A stretch of DNA of 62,830 bases, counting the filler. It is 12 parts of 12 records of this genome, joined end to end, with 100 filler letters (N's around TTAATTAATTAA, not from the genome) between each part and the next. Parts side by side here need not be neighbours in the genome. Positions count along the whole stretch, not along the records: positions 20,308 to 27,223 come from SRR7504441_17821; positions 27,324 to 32,471 come from SRR7504441_17927; positions 32,572 to 37,250 come from SRR7504441_17931; 9 more parts are not named here. One strand, given 5' to 3'. Below are positions 22,778 to 33,555 of the stretch, in pieces. The translations under genes and the position numbers were made by a program. The notes beneath the pieces are model-generated. The model was not told the DNA's origin. It saw nothing but the letters and a program-made list of their open reading frames with translations, and did not search any database. Every line of letters starts with the position of its first letter. Position 1 is the stretch's first letter.

Positions 22778-23304
22778 ATGGATCCACTCGGGCTGCTCGG
22801 CGGCCAGTACGACTCGTCCTCCTCCTCCGAGGAGGAGGAGCCCGCCCCTGCCCAGCAGCCTGCCGAGCCGCCCGCTCCCCCTGCCGCCCGGCCTGCAGCC
22901 GCGCTCCCGGTGCGCTGCGTGTCCACTGGCCGGGCGAGCCTGCCGGCAGTCGGCGGCTGAGCTCTTCGCCTCGGTGGATGCGCCTGAGTTCCTCCGGCAG
23001 CCAGCGCCCGTGGACGACGGGTTCCTAGCCGAACCGGTACGGCCCAAGCGGCCGAGAGAACCGGAGCCGGCGCCCGAGGAGGAGCAGGAGGAGAGGCGGC
23101 CGCCTGTTAGTCGGCCTGCGGCGCGGCCGGTGCTGGGCTGGCTGGGGTGGGGCGGGAGGGCGGCTCAGGCGAAGAAGGAGACGAACCGGCAGAAGAACAA
23201 CCGGAAACAGAAGCTAGGACAGGTGCGGCCGCCGGTGGGTGCGCGGGCAAGGCGGGCTGCAGGCAAATTTCTCTCTCAAATGGGACAGAGACTGCCCTGG
23301 ATAA
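22778..23304 (+). CDS. UPF0690/C1orf52-like small protein, 3 introns
   Basis: Spliced product MDPLGLLGGQYDSSSSSEEE...LP|SAAELFASVDAPEFL...KKETNRQKNNRKQKLGQ|ANFSLKW. The LPxxxELFxSVxxPxFL motif resembles C1orf52. Confidence 0.6.
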
Positions 23305-23466
23305 TAAACAAACCTGGTAGGTTCACCTGCAGCTGTACAATCAATTGCAAGCGCGTCGCACCGCCGTCCGAACTGTCCACAATCATGCAAACGGTGCTTG
23401 GATACGTACGAGTTCGGATACAACGATACAAGAGGTTTGGCCATTTTACTCACACGCATGGCGCCA

Positions 23467-24585
23467 CTAAGCCCGCTTGGCGTTGGTGTGCGCCGACACC
23501 CGCTCCTCTGGTCGCATCACCATCCGTTCGCCTCGCGCGTGCACCGTCGTGTCGAGCAATTCAAATTCAAACTCACAAGCTGCCTTGGGGACCACTGCCA
23601 AACGCCCGCCATGATCACGGTGCAGCCACCGGGGCCGGGGCCACCTTTCCAGCGATCCTGCGGGGTGACCAGCCTGAGCGTGTGCATAGTCTCCAGCACC
23701 ACTATTCCCTCCGCGCCGATCAGCCCCGGTGTCTTGGCCCGCACCACTGTGGCCGCGGCTCAACACCGGCCGACCCCGCACCCACCGCGCACCGAGGCGC
23801 CTACCAGGTCTATCCTGTGCAGCGCCACCCGCAGCTGCTGCTGGTCATCACCGCCAGTCTCCAGCCGCCCCTCGCTGGGCAGCAATCAACCGCTCTGGCA
23901 GCACCCAGCGCACACACCGGCAGTACACTCCGAAGCACTCTCGCGAGTAACGGCGCCAGCACTCCTGCAGCCCCTTCAGCGCGCTGTACCTGCCCGGCCT
24001 CCGCGGGCCCGCCCGGCTCGCGCACTCCGGACACGCCGACTCCCCGTCCGGCGCCCTCATCGCCTTCCTTGCTCGTGCGCCGAGCAGATCCCGGTTGGTG
24101 GCCCGCTGTTTGCGCAGACTGCCGCCTATCAGCTGCCGCCGGAGCGCGGCCTCACTTGCGCTCGGCCGCCCTAATCGAGAACTCGCTTTTGATCGGGTTG
24201 TCCAGGTTTAGGCTTTTCCCGTGCACCTTGCGGCCCGCTGGCCGGCGCCGCGCTTGCCTGGCCGCACCTTGGCAGTCACGATCGCGTCCGGGTCGGCCCC
24301 GCGCGCCCCGGGGCCCCGCGCCACCAGCCCGCCCAGGTATCGGGTGACCCAATCCCGCGGGGTGGCCCCGTCCAGGCTCAGCCCAGACTTGAGAGGCCCG
24401 GCCCGGAGGTAGGCTGGAAGCTCTGACTCGGGGCCCGGGCTGGCGGCAGGCTCGGTCCTGGCGGCCTTGCTCGGGCCGCCGTAGGTGGCATGCAGGTGCG
24501 CTAGGGCCCGCTTGGCCCGTTCGCTCGAGCTCATCTCCCCGCCGCTTTTTCCGGTACGTTTCACTAGATCTATGTTCGAGCTCAT
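23467..24585 (-). CDS. POP4: RNase P/MRP subunit p29, about 6 introns
   Basis: LQECWRRY, IDLVGASVR|VVRAKTPGLIGAEGIVVLETMHTLRLVT...K|VVPKAACEFEF is the Rpp29 signature. The start could be 24585 or the next Met. Confidence 0.85.
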
Positions 24586-24731
24586 CTATCGATATCACTG
24601 GCCATGGTGATCGAGCTCTGCGAATTTTGAGAGAGGAGAGCCCAAAGGCGAAATGCCTCGCTGCTCCGCCGCGGGCCGAAGAAATCTAGTAGACACCAAC
24701 ACCTCGTTAAAGTTGCAACAATTCCTAGACC

Positions 24732-26054
24732 TTAAAGTATTGCCCGCGGATCCCAGCAGAAGTGCCTATCATTATCCAGCTCTGTCAACTCCATGAGCTC
24801 CTCCTCTCCGAGCCCGAATTGCCGGTCAACGCCGCACCCCTCCGGCCCTGCGTGCTGCTCGGCCTCGTCATCGCCCGCCGCGCACAACAACCGGAGCGCA
24901 TCCGCATTCTGATGAATGTGTGCAGCGCAGGTGCTCTTGGGCAACACGGGCACCCCTTGCTGCATGGCCCACTGCAGCAGCACAGTCGCGGCAGGCCGGC
25001 CGGTTCTGTCTGCAATTCGCACAACGGTCGGGTGCTCGAGAAGCGCTCCTTTACTCTCAGGGCTGCCCAGTGACGAGTAAGCCTGTATGATCACGCCGTG
25101 CTCTGCGCAGTATTGCCTGAGCGCGGGCTGGGCTAGCTGAGGATGCATCTCGACTTGATTCACGTGCGGCATCAGCACCGACCCATCCCGCGCCGCCAGC
25201 TCTTTGATTTCTTCTAGATGGCACACTTCATAGTTACTCACACCCACAGACCGAGCCTTGCCCTCGCGGAACATCCGACACACGCCCCGCCAGCTCCCAA
25301 GCCTCACGGCCCGGTTCGCGGGGTCGTCGGCCTTCTTCTTCTGGACGCCCGGCCAGTGGATCAGCAGCAGATCGAGCCGGTCTAGTCCGAGCGCCTCCAG
25401 CTGCTCCAGGCCACACTGATACGCCTGCTCCTCACCGTGCTGGCTGCCACACCGGTCACACCATCGGCCGCACTTTGCCTACCTGGGCGGCACTTTGCTG
25501 GTGAGGAAGACCTCCTCCCTGGGCACCAGGCTCCGCTCGATCGCCTCGGCTATGGCCTGGTGGTTGTTATACATCCCGGCCGTGTCGATCAGACGGTACC
25601 TGCCCCTTATCCGCGGCCGCCACAGTCACGCCCCCCACCCGGCCTGTAGCGCCTGGGTGCAGGCCTTCACGCACTGGTCGCCCTTCAGCCGGAAGGTGCC
25701 CAGCCCCAGCAGCGGGAGCCGCGGTCCATGCCGCATCCTGCCCGAACGGGCCCACAGCCCCGGCGCGTTCCCGTGTCCTGTAGCCTCCAGGTGCGCGAAT
25801 AGCCCGTTCCGCGACCCGGCCACCGTGCCGCACACCTCGCACGTCCGGCGCGACTCCGGCTGGGCGTCCGCGGCCCGGCGGGCGGCGGTGCACCCGCGGC
25901 AGCGCGGCGGTCCTCCGCGGCGGGGGGCCTTGGAAGGGAGCAGCCCGGCGGCGGTGAGCTGGGTCTTGGAGAAGGCGGCAAGCGGCAGCTCGGCCTGGCA
26001 GTCGTCGCAGCGCGCCGTGCTCGGCTCTGCCCCGCTGTCGCCGGCCGGCTCCAT
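24732..26054 (-). CDS. Aldo/keto reductase with N-terminal Stc1-like and C2H2 zinc fingers
   Basis: AKR motifs LGLGTF, G|YRLIDTAGMY, VFLTSKV, LDLLLIHWPG, VGVSNY, NQVEMHP, QAYSSLG, VLPKS. The N-terminus has CDDC...FSKTQL...CRGC and CEVC...SRNGLFAHLEATGH. Confidence 0.88.
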
Positions 26055-26154
26055 CCTCTTCTGTGTGAAGCCCGCCTGATGAAAGTCGCCGCGGCCGTTA
26101 CAGCGGGTGGCACCAGGCCACGCGCAGAGAGGAGGCCGCGCCGGCGCTTAGGGG

Positions 26155-27132
26155 ATGGTCCTGATTCGAGTGCGGCGGGGCCCGCACAGCAGCACCCGGT
26201 TCCTGGAGGTGCGGGACGACGTGCCGCTGGCTGAGCTGCTCCCGTCGATCGCCGCGCACATGGGCCTCGGCATGCAGCAAGGGCTCGGGCTGTGCCGCTG
26301 CCCATCCGGCGTCGACTACGACCCCGCCGGCCTGGCGCTGCTGCAGCTGCCGCTGGAGCGCAGCCTGCAGCAGGCTCACATCTCCAGCGGGGCCTGCCTG
26401 ATTCTGTACGGCGGGCCCCCAGAGGAGGCCAACACCGGCGCTAGGCCCCGCCGGCTGAGACAGGAGGACGGCCAAGAAATGCCGGCGCCGCCTACCAACC
26501 GGGAGGCGCTCGACTTGGCCAGGTGCGAAGTCTCGCCGCGCAAACGGGCCGAGGAGTATGATCGGACTCGGCGGAGTCGCAGCGCCAGCCGCCGAAGGAA
26601 GCCAGAGCGAAAGGAGCGGTGGCCAAAGGTGCTGGCTTCTGGTCAACGGAACGTGAAGACTGTCCAAACTCCGCGGCCGCTGCAGGACGACGGGAAGGCC
26701 AAGCTGCGGCTGTCCTCGTATCGGGCCACCTCGATACAGCGCTCGATCACAGAGCAGCTTGCAGACGAGGAGGAGGCCAGGCAGGAGAAGCAACTGAGTG
26801 CGATACAGCCCGGCGACATGGCGTACGTCGCGCTGTGCACTAAATACCACAACGGGGCGCCCAACTTGCTCGGGAGGGACCGCCGGTTTACTACGCTTAA
26901 GGAGGATAGGGTGAGGAGACTGAGGTGCAACAGGGATCTAATTCGGTACAACGATCCTTGGCAGACCGACGACGCGATCAGCCGAGGCTGCCCGTTTGCT
27001 ACGGCCAACACTATTCGTGGGCCGTTGCACTGGCGGCGGATCCAGCAGTGCTCATTTGGTAAAGTAGCGTCCCCCGAGAGGCAATCCAAGCCTGATCCGC
27101 CGGCCTGCGACGACTCGGGGGTAGCATTATAA
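26155..27132 (+). CDS. Hypothetical protein with N-terminal ubiquitin-like fold (tentative)
   Basis: 325-aa ORF; MVLIRVRR...FLEVRDDVPLAELL...RSLQQAHISSGACLIL resembles a beta-grasp domain. Confidence 0.55.
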   Translation: MVLIRVRRGPHSSTRFLEVRDDVPLAELLPSIAAHMGLGMQQGLGLCRCPSGVDYDPAGLALLQLPLERSLQQAHISSGACLILYGGPPEEANTGARPRRLRQEDGQEMPAPPTNREALDLARCEVSPRKRAEEYDRTRRSRSASRRRKPERKERWPKVLASGQRNVKTVQTPRPLQDDGKAKLRLSSYRATSIQRSITEQLADEEEARQEKQLSAIQPGDMAYVALCTKYHNGAPNLLGRDRRFTTLKEDRVRRLRCNRDLIRYNDPWQTDDAISRGCPFATANTIRGPLHWRRIQQCSFGKVASPERQSKPDPPACDDSGVAL

Positions 27133-27223
27133 TCATTGTAAGTTAAACGAAGTTAGTATTTTTGAAGTGAAATTCAGCGGTTAGATGTTCCTATATCCCT
27201 TAGAGCCAGCAGGTCGGATATAT

Positions 27224-27323
27224 NNNNNNNNNNNNNNNNNNNNNNNNNNNNNNNNNNNNNNNNNNNNTTAATTAATTAANNNNNNNNNNNNNNNNNNNNN
27301 NNNNNNNNNNNNNNNNNNNNNNN
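27224..27323. other. Artificial contig spacer
   Basis: N44-TTAATTAATTAA-N44. Confidence 0.98.
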
Positions 27324-27952
27324 ACTTTGGCGCGAGCTCTTGCCCCCCTCCCCGCTATTGCTTCAGTTGACGCAAGTCACTCGGCACCCTTGATCGTTAT
27401 CGAGTTGGCGATGCTCTTGACTCGATTCAGCAGCTTCCGCCCGTCCCCCTCGGCCCAGCGTGGCTCTTGGCTCTGCCCACCACTCGGCCCACCCCGGGCC
27501 TGGCCCTACCGACTCCTGCCCCGGGCCGGCCTCGATCTGGGCGGTGAGCGCGGCCACGTGCTCCCGCGCCAGGTCCAGCTCGCGCGTCAGCCGGCCCATT
27601 TCCTGCCGCCTCAGCGTCCGGGTGGCGTCCAGCTCCACCTGCGCCGGCTGGCACCAGCCCGCCCCCCTGCCCGCACCTGCAGCCGGCGGACTTCGTCCCG
27701 GCACTCCTCGTTCTCCTGGCGGAGCTGGGCCACCTGGCGGCCGCGCTGTGGCCACAGCGCCAGCCGGCCGGGCGCCTCGTTCGAGGAGAGGGTGAGGCGC
27801 TGCTCGGAGCTGCGCTGGGCCACTTCCAGTTCGGACATCCGGTCGGCCACAGATTTGGCCGCCCGGCGCGGGCTGCTGGTCTTGCCCTTGGGCCTCGGGC
27901 TGTTCGGCTGCGAGCTCGACCCCGCCCGCCTCCGGGGTTCCGTCGTCTCCAT
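27324..27952 (-). CDS. Coiled-coil protein (3' partial)
   Basis: METTEPRRR...VAQLRQENEECRDEVRRLQ|VELDATRTLRRQE with GC-AG and GT-AG micro-introns. Confidence 0.5.
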
Positions 27953-28044
27953 CAACACGACGCCCCGCCCTCTCCGGCTGTCCTGAAGCCGCCGAGTTGG
28001 TTGGCCGTTGCCGGATCGAGCACTCTGCACCGCACTCAGCAGTC

Positions 28045-29037
28045 ATGGGGGAGCCGACGGAGGCGACCCCAGTGCTGCTGATCACCGACATCGGGGCGGA
28101 CATCGACGACACGCTCGCGCTGCTCGTGCTGCTCGGCTCGCCCAGCCTGCGGCTGGTCGGGGTGGTCACAGCCGTCAACGACGGCAGGGCCCGCGGTGCG
28201 CTGGTCCGGGGCTGGCTCCGGGCGCTCGGCCTGCCCGACTCGCTCCCGATCCTCCCGAGCGTGGATCCGGCGGTGGCGGCGTGCGTCGAGCAGCCCGGCT
28301 TCCCGACCGTCGCGCAGGCGGCGCTGGGGCCGGTTGAGGATACCCCCCGCCGGATCATCGAGCTGGCGACGGCGCACCCGGGGATGGTGGTGCTGGCCAA
28401 CGCGCCGGTCACCCCGCTGGCGGCCGCTGTGCAGCTGGACTCGAGTGGGGTGCTCAAGCGCAACGTGCGCCGGTTGTATCTCCAGGGGAATGTCCGAATC
28501 GGACCGGAGGGCAGACTCTCGCCGGACCCGCAGGCGTACAACTTCAGGGTGCACATGGGCGCGGTCGAGAGGGTCTTCCAGGAGCTGCGGGAGGCGGTGC
28601 CGCTCTCTTTGCTGGGCAAATTTGCGGCGTACCAAGTGGGGATCACGGTGCGCGACCTGGAGGAGCTTGCAAGGCCCGGGCTGCCCTCGCTCGCGGTGAT
28701 GGCGCGGGAGCAGATGGATGGGTTCCGGCGGGGCAACCCGGAGCTTTTCTACCGGCTGTACCCGGTGCCCGAGCAGTTTCGGGATTCGGGCAGCTGGGAG
28801 TGGTTTGACAATATACCGGGCGGCGTAGTCTCACACCCGTACGATCCTCTCTGCGTGCTGATGGCGGCTGAGGACGCGAACAGGGGAAGCCAATCGGTTT
28901 TTGACCGGCAGAGTGTGCCTGGCCCGGCTGGTTGCTCTGAGATAGTGGGTAACGAGAAGGATGAGCCGCGTGTGGTGGATCCAGAGGGCGCCAGGCAAGC
29001 GCTGCTCGCGGCGATGGCCCGGGCGCTCCAACTGTGA
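28045..29037 (+). CDS. Inosine/uridine-preferring nucleoside hydrolase family protein (intronless)
   Basis: LLITDIGADIDDTLAL Ca-binding motif, APVTPLA, YNF and C-terminal YDP. Confidence 0.85.
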   Translation: MGEPTEATPVLLITDIGADIDDTLALLVLLGSPSLRLVGVVTAVNDGRARGALVRGWLRALGLPDSLPILPSVDPAVAACVEQPGFPTVAQAALGPVEDTPRRIIELATAHPGMVVLANAPVTPLAAAVQLDSSGVLKRNVRRLYLQGNVRIGPEGRLSPDPQAYNFRVHMGAVERVFQELREAVPLSLLGKFAAYQVGITVRDLEELARPGLPSLAVMAREQMDGFRRGNPELFYRLYPVPEQFRDSGSWEWFDNIPGGVVSHPYDPLCVLMAAEDANRGSQSVFDRQSVPGPAGCSEIVGNEKDEPRVVDPEGARQALLAAMARALQL

Positions 29038-29251
29038 GCTTCCCACAATGGAGGAGGGCGCCAAGCTAGGCGATCTCCGTGGACTGGCGCACCGGAACGG
29101 TGTGGCCAAGACGACGAGTCGTGGACAAGGCAACACGAGCTCGATTTGCAACCATGCTTATTAATTTTGTAATTACGTACGTAGAACTTTAAGCCAATAT
29201 TATATGTATTGGTACTTGGTCACGATACAATAAACTCATAGGGACTGTCCT

Positions 29252-30055
29252 CTACAACCAAGATTCGCCGAGGACCTTGCGGGCAAAATTTGCAACATCG
29301 GTATCAACAGCATCCATCACGGCATCGCTTTCAGTATTTGACTCCCCGCGGTCAAACTTGGCGATCAGCAGCGTCAGATGGCGGCGGATGCGGGGGCACG
29401 GGTTTGGGGGACGCCGTTTGCGGGCGCTGATCCGTGAGGTCTCGGTGTTCATTGCAGCCACCCACTGCTGCAGCACACTCAGGGCTTGGTGAAGCTCTTC
29501 GGGGTGTTCAACGTCTTCAATGAAGCCCATATGGCCAGGCACGTACCGGCTCGATGCATGTATTCTAGTGTTGTAAGTGACGTAATGCGGGATATTGCCG
29601 GGATCCAATGTGGACAGCAGACCCCGGAACACACAACCGCCGGCTGCTGCCTTCTTCAAGAAGCTCCGCAGTGAGTTGTTCACTATCCTGTTCTTCTTGT
29701 GCCCCCCATCCACAGTATCCAGAAACTGTGCAACAGCATCGATAATATGTGCGGCACCTGAGCAATCACCCAGTTGCGCCATATTCAGGATGGCGAGCGC
29801 GTCAACCATCGGGTCTGTTAGCTGTGCGCACACCTCTTCTGGGAGGGGACAGGGCCGCGGCTTGCACAGGGCATTCTGCAGGGCTAATGTGCACGCTGAG
29901 ATTCGAGGGACGAGGAGCTCAGCCTTGTTCGACACCGAACTCCACAACCGACTCACCCGGGCGCACGCGAATAACTGAGCTGTGCTGAGGTGCGCGAAGA
30001 CGAGGGGGAGCTCCCAGCCCCGGGAGTTCGGGCAGATAGCCACCACCACGGCCAT
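29252..30055 (-). CDS. F-box protein
   Basis: ELPLVFAHLSTAQLFACARVSRLWSSV F-box signature in a 267-aa ORF. Confidence 0.6.
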   Translation of the reverse strand: MAVVVAICPNSRGWELPLVFAHLSTAQLFACARVSRLWSSVSNKAELLVPRISACTLALQNALCKPRPCPLPEEVCAQLTDPMVDALAILNMAQLGDCSGAAHIIDAVAQFLDTVDGGHKKNRIVNNSLRSFLKKAAAGGCVFRGLLSTLDPGNIPHYVTYNTRIHASSRYVPGHMGFIEDVEHPEELHQALSVLQQWVAAMNTETSRISARKRRPPNPCPRIRRHLTLLIAKFDRGESNTESDAVMDAVDTDVANFARKVLGESWL

Positions 30056-30095
30056 CCAAGGTTCCCCGGTGCGATATCCGACGTACCAGTATGAG

Positions 30096-30169
30096 CCACG
30101 TCAAGGGTTGCGCCGGAGCCCTGCTGCACAGCAGATGATGTCCGTTACCGTTAAGAGCAGACGTCATCG
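30096..30169. promoter_or_regulatory. Bidirectional promoter with UPRE (TGACGTGG on minus strand), CCGTTACCGTTA and ACGTCATCG
   Basis: CCACGTCA at 30096-30103, TCCGTTACCGTTA at 30141-30153 (identical to 2973-2985), and CGTCATCG at 30162-30169. Confidence 0.5.
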
Positions 30170-30192
30170 CGGCTGTGCTGCAAAGACACACA

Positions 30193-31751
30193 ATGATGAA
30201 CCGGCTCGCTGCTGCCTTGCTGCTCGCGCTCCCGAGCCTGGCCCTGGGGCTGTACAGCCCGAGCGACGGCGTGCTGCTGCTCACCCCGTCCAATTTCCAG
30301 TCCGAGCTCATGCAACACGACGGCGTGTAACTGGCGCCCGACCGGCCGCGTTCTGACCGGCCGCGCAGCGCGCTGGTCATGTTCTTCGCCCCCTGGTGCG
30401 GTCACTGCAAGCAGGCCGCTCCGGGGTTTGTCGACGCCGCCAAGGCGCTCAAGGGCATCGTCAAAGTGGCCGCGGTCGGCCCGGGCGGCTGTGTCGACCG
30501 CTCACCGAGTGGTTCAGGTGGATATGGACCAGCACCAGGCGCTCGGGCAGCCGTATGGCGTGCAGGGCTTCCCGACCATCAAGGCGTGCCGCCGGGCTCG
30601 AGCCGGGTGAGCGGGCGTGCCAGATTTTCGGGGCAGACAAGTCGAAGCCGAAGGATTATGAGCAGGCCCGCGAGGCGGGGGCCTTCGTCCAGGCAGCGCT
30701 GCAGGAGGCGCTCTTGCCCGCTGCGCACTGGCTCAGCTCGACTCACAGGTGAGCGGCGTCGTGCAGCAGCGGATGGGCGGTGGCGGCGGTGGCGGCGGTG
30801 GCGCTGGCGGGCCGAGTGCTGTGGTCACGCTCACAGATGAGAACTTCGACAAACAGGTCGAGCGGGCCAACGGGGCGTGCTGAAGCCCGCGGCAGGTGCT
30901 GCAGTCTGATGAGCTCTGGCTGGTGCAGTTCTACGCCCCGTGGTGCGGGCACTGCAAGCAATTGGCCCCGGAATGGGAGCGGGCGGCCTCGGAGCTGGAG
31001 GGCAAGGCCAAGCTCGGCAAGCTGGACGCCACCACCGAGAAGCAAATGGCCGGGCAGTACGGGGTGCAGGGCTTTCCGACCATCAAGTACTTTGGGCAAG
31101 ACAAGCAGAGTCCGGAGGACTACAACGGCGGCCGGTCTAGCTCCGATCTCGTGACCTTCTGCATGGGCAAGGTCGAGGACGCCCTCCCGCCCCCCGAGGT
31201 GGTCGAGCTCTCGTCTCAGAAGGTCTGAACGCCGTTATGACTGCGGCCTGACCAGCCGGCGACAGGTTTGGGACGACAACTGTGCCCAGAAATCAATCTG
31301 CCTCGTTGCTTTCTTCCCAGGTCTGGTCGACACCCAGGCAGCCGGCCGGAACGGTTACATCGACATCATGAAGAAGCTCACCGAGAAGCAGACGCTCAAG
31401 AAGTTCGGATTCGTCTGGACTGCGGTCGGCCAGCAGCCTGATCTCGCAAACACGTTCCAAATCGGAGACTACCCTGCCCTGGTGGCTGTGAACCCCAAGA
31501 AGTCGAAATACGCCCAGATGCGAGGCTCGTTCTCGTCCGAGGAGCTGTCAGGGTTTATCGGACGACTGCTCAAGGCCCGTGAGAGCACTTCGCCTTTCGA
31601 CGCGCCGGAGTCTCTCGCCAGCTACGAGCCGTGGGACGGGGGCGAGGAGGTGCAGGGCGGGCTAGGGCTGGCTGAGGCGGGACAGGCGGTTGCGGCGGAG
31701 GAGGAAGAGTTCTCGCTGGACGATTTGATGAACGAGGAGCTCGACGCTTAG
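30193..31751 (+). CDS. PDIA6: Protein disulfide isomerase A6 (P5), 7 introns
   Basis: Signal peptide, LYSPSDGV, two APWCGHCK thioredoxin sites joined by a Gly-rich linker, P5_C domain, and acidic tail (EPWDG). Confidence 0.93.
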
Positions 31752-31995
31752 AGGCATGCACACGGTTCTGGCCCGGCATACTTGTATGCAAAACAAATGA
31801 AGCGGATACATAATTATATAGTCGCATAGTGAAATAGATGATCAATCACATGATGGAAATGCTTAAATAAACACTTACGAAATACTGGTGGGTGGGTAGG
31901 CGATCAAAGCCATCGACTCGATTTAGAATCGATTGATGTATCAGCGACTCGGTATGAAACCTGAAGACTTAGCAAACTTCAAACATTATTTTAAA

Positions 31996-32463
31996 TTAAT
32001 GCAACCGATCGATTAGTGCCAATGAATCGGAGACGAGTGGGCCACGGCTCAGATCCCCCCTCGCCGCGCGCGAAAGTCGCGCCCATGTCTGGTTGAAGAG
32101 CGTATCTCTGAGCTCTTTGGGGAGCACATCGTTCAGGTACCGGTCCTCAGCGGCTTTCCTCTCGGTCTCTAAATGCTTCATATGCCCCATCAGTAGGATG
32201 AGTGGGCTTAGAACGGCCCCAACCACCATCTGGACAACGAGCTCCGGGTAGTCGCGCGGCGTTGCTGTCGGGGTTGCAAGAATTGCTGCACTGGGAAATC
32301 CAACCAGTAGCACTGCAGCTGCTACGCTGCTCCATAGCCTGCCCAGGGCCAAGCTGAGGACGCAGACTGCTCCTAGAGCACATAGCACGTATCCACACCC
32401 GACCAGCCAGCTCGGCAAGACTTTGTCAGCCACAGGTGCAGGCGCAGCATGCGGTCGCTCCAT
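31996..32463 (-). CDS. Small membrane protein
   Basis: 155-aa ORF with about 3 hydrophobic segments. Confidence 0.5.
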   Translation of the reverse strand: MERPHAAPAPVADKVLPSWLVGCGYVLCALGAVCVLSLALGRLWSSVAAAVLLVGFPSAAILATPTATPRDYPELVVQMVVGAVLSPLILLMGHMKHLETERKAAEDRYLNDVLPKELRDTLFNQTWARLSRAARGDLSRGPLVSDSLALIDRLH

Positions 32464-32471
32464 GGGCTTTT

Positions 32472-32571
32472 NNNNNNNNNNNNNNNNNNNNNNNNNNNNN
32501 NNNNNNNNNNNNNNNTTAATTAATTAANNNNNNNNNNNNNNNNNNNNNNNNNNNNNNNNNNNNNNNNNNNN
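32472..32571. other. Artificial contig spacer
   Basis: N44-TTAATTAATTAA-N44. Confidence 0.98.
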
Positions 32572-33508
32572 CTCCAGAGCCCGGACCGGATGAACTGCGG
32601 GTTGGAGCCATACGTGTGCCTAGAGTTGAACCTGGGCCGGCCAGCTCAGGCCTCGCGGCTTGGTATCTATCACCTGTATTTCTGCAAGTCTGCGACTGTC
32701 TCGATCACTAGCCCCAGCGCGAAAAGCCCAAGTCCGAGCCGATCCAGCCCATCCAGCCCCGGCTGGTCTGGAGAATCGGCGAGCGCCCAGAGGCAAAAGC
32801 CGTTGGCCCAGCACCAAGTGCCTCCCGATGTCCACCCGAACCAGTTGTACGCCGGTTCGGAGATGAGCTTGTCGAACCTCCAGTCCCCGCCGCGCACCAT
32901 CACCCGGATCCCGACGTGCAAGCACAGCCGGGCGCACCAGAGCATGGCGCCGCCGAACACGAGCAACTGCCGCGCGGAGGGATCAGGGATGCTACTGTAC
33001 TGGAAGCCGATGATAGCCCTACCCAATCCGTCCGCCGGGCCGGCCCGGGCAGGGCGCACATGTAGGAAACGTCCTCGCATATGTCGAAGAACTTGTCCGT
33101 CCGCAGCGCGATCGAGAGGCAGAATCCGAGCCAGTGAGAGCCGATCGCCAGCGCGGCCACCAACTGGAAGCGCGCCGAGGGCGAGCATGCCCAGAGCACC
33201 AGGCACTGGCCGAGCGCCATCCCGACGAACGCCCCGGGGCTGGTGTTGCCCGGTTCGAGCTCGGAGGCCTGGGCGTCCCGCTGCACTCTGTCGAGCCAGG
33301 AGCGCGGCGGGGGCACACGGTGGCCGCGCCGGTTCCGATACACCGGGGCGGGGGTAGGGGAGAAGCCCAGAGGACAGCCGCTCGCCTGGCCGCCGCCCCC
33401 GAACCCGAGTGGGCAACCACTGCCCCCGCCCGCACCATTGCCCCCGACTGCAGGAGCTGGCGCGACGTGCTCTTCTGGAGCCGGAGGAGGCGGGCAGCAC
33501 GGCGCCAT
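32572..33508 (-). CDS. DUF1295 / steroid 5-alpha-reductase-like membrane protein (3' partial)
   Basis: TDKFFD, WCARL...R...GGDWRFD, IETVADLQKY|RF...FIRSGLW are DUF1295 motifs. The N-terminal extension carries GCPLGF twice. Confidence 0.85.
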
Positions 33509-33555
33509 CGCCAACGGACCTCGGCTGCAGCAGCTGAGCTCCACAGGAGATCAGG

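Noticed and set aside
22974-24347. 457-aa plus-strand ORF and other long Pro/Arg/Ala-rich overlapping ORFs (27363-28736, 49936-50946, 32670-33965)
   Set aside because: These are largely shadow frames caused by high GC; spliced models in other frames or on the other strand explain the conserved motifs.
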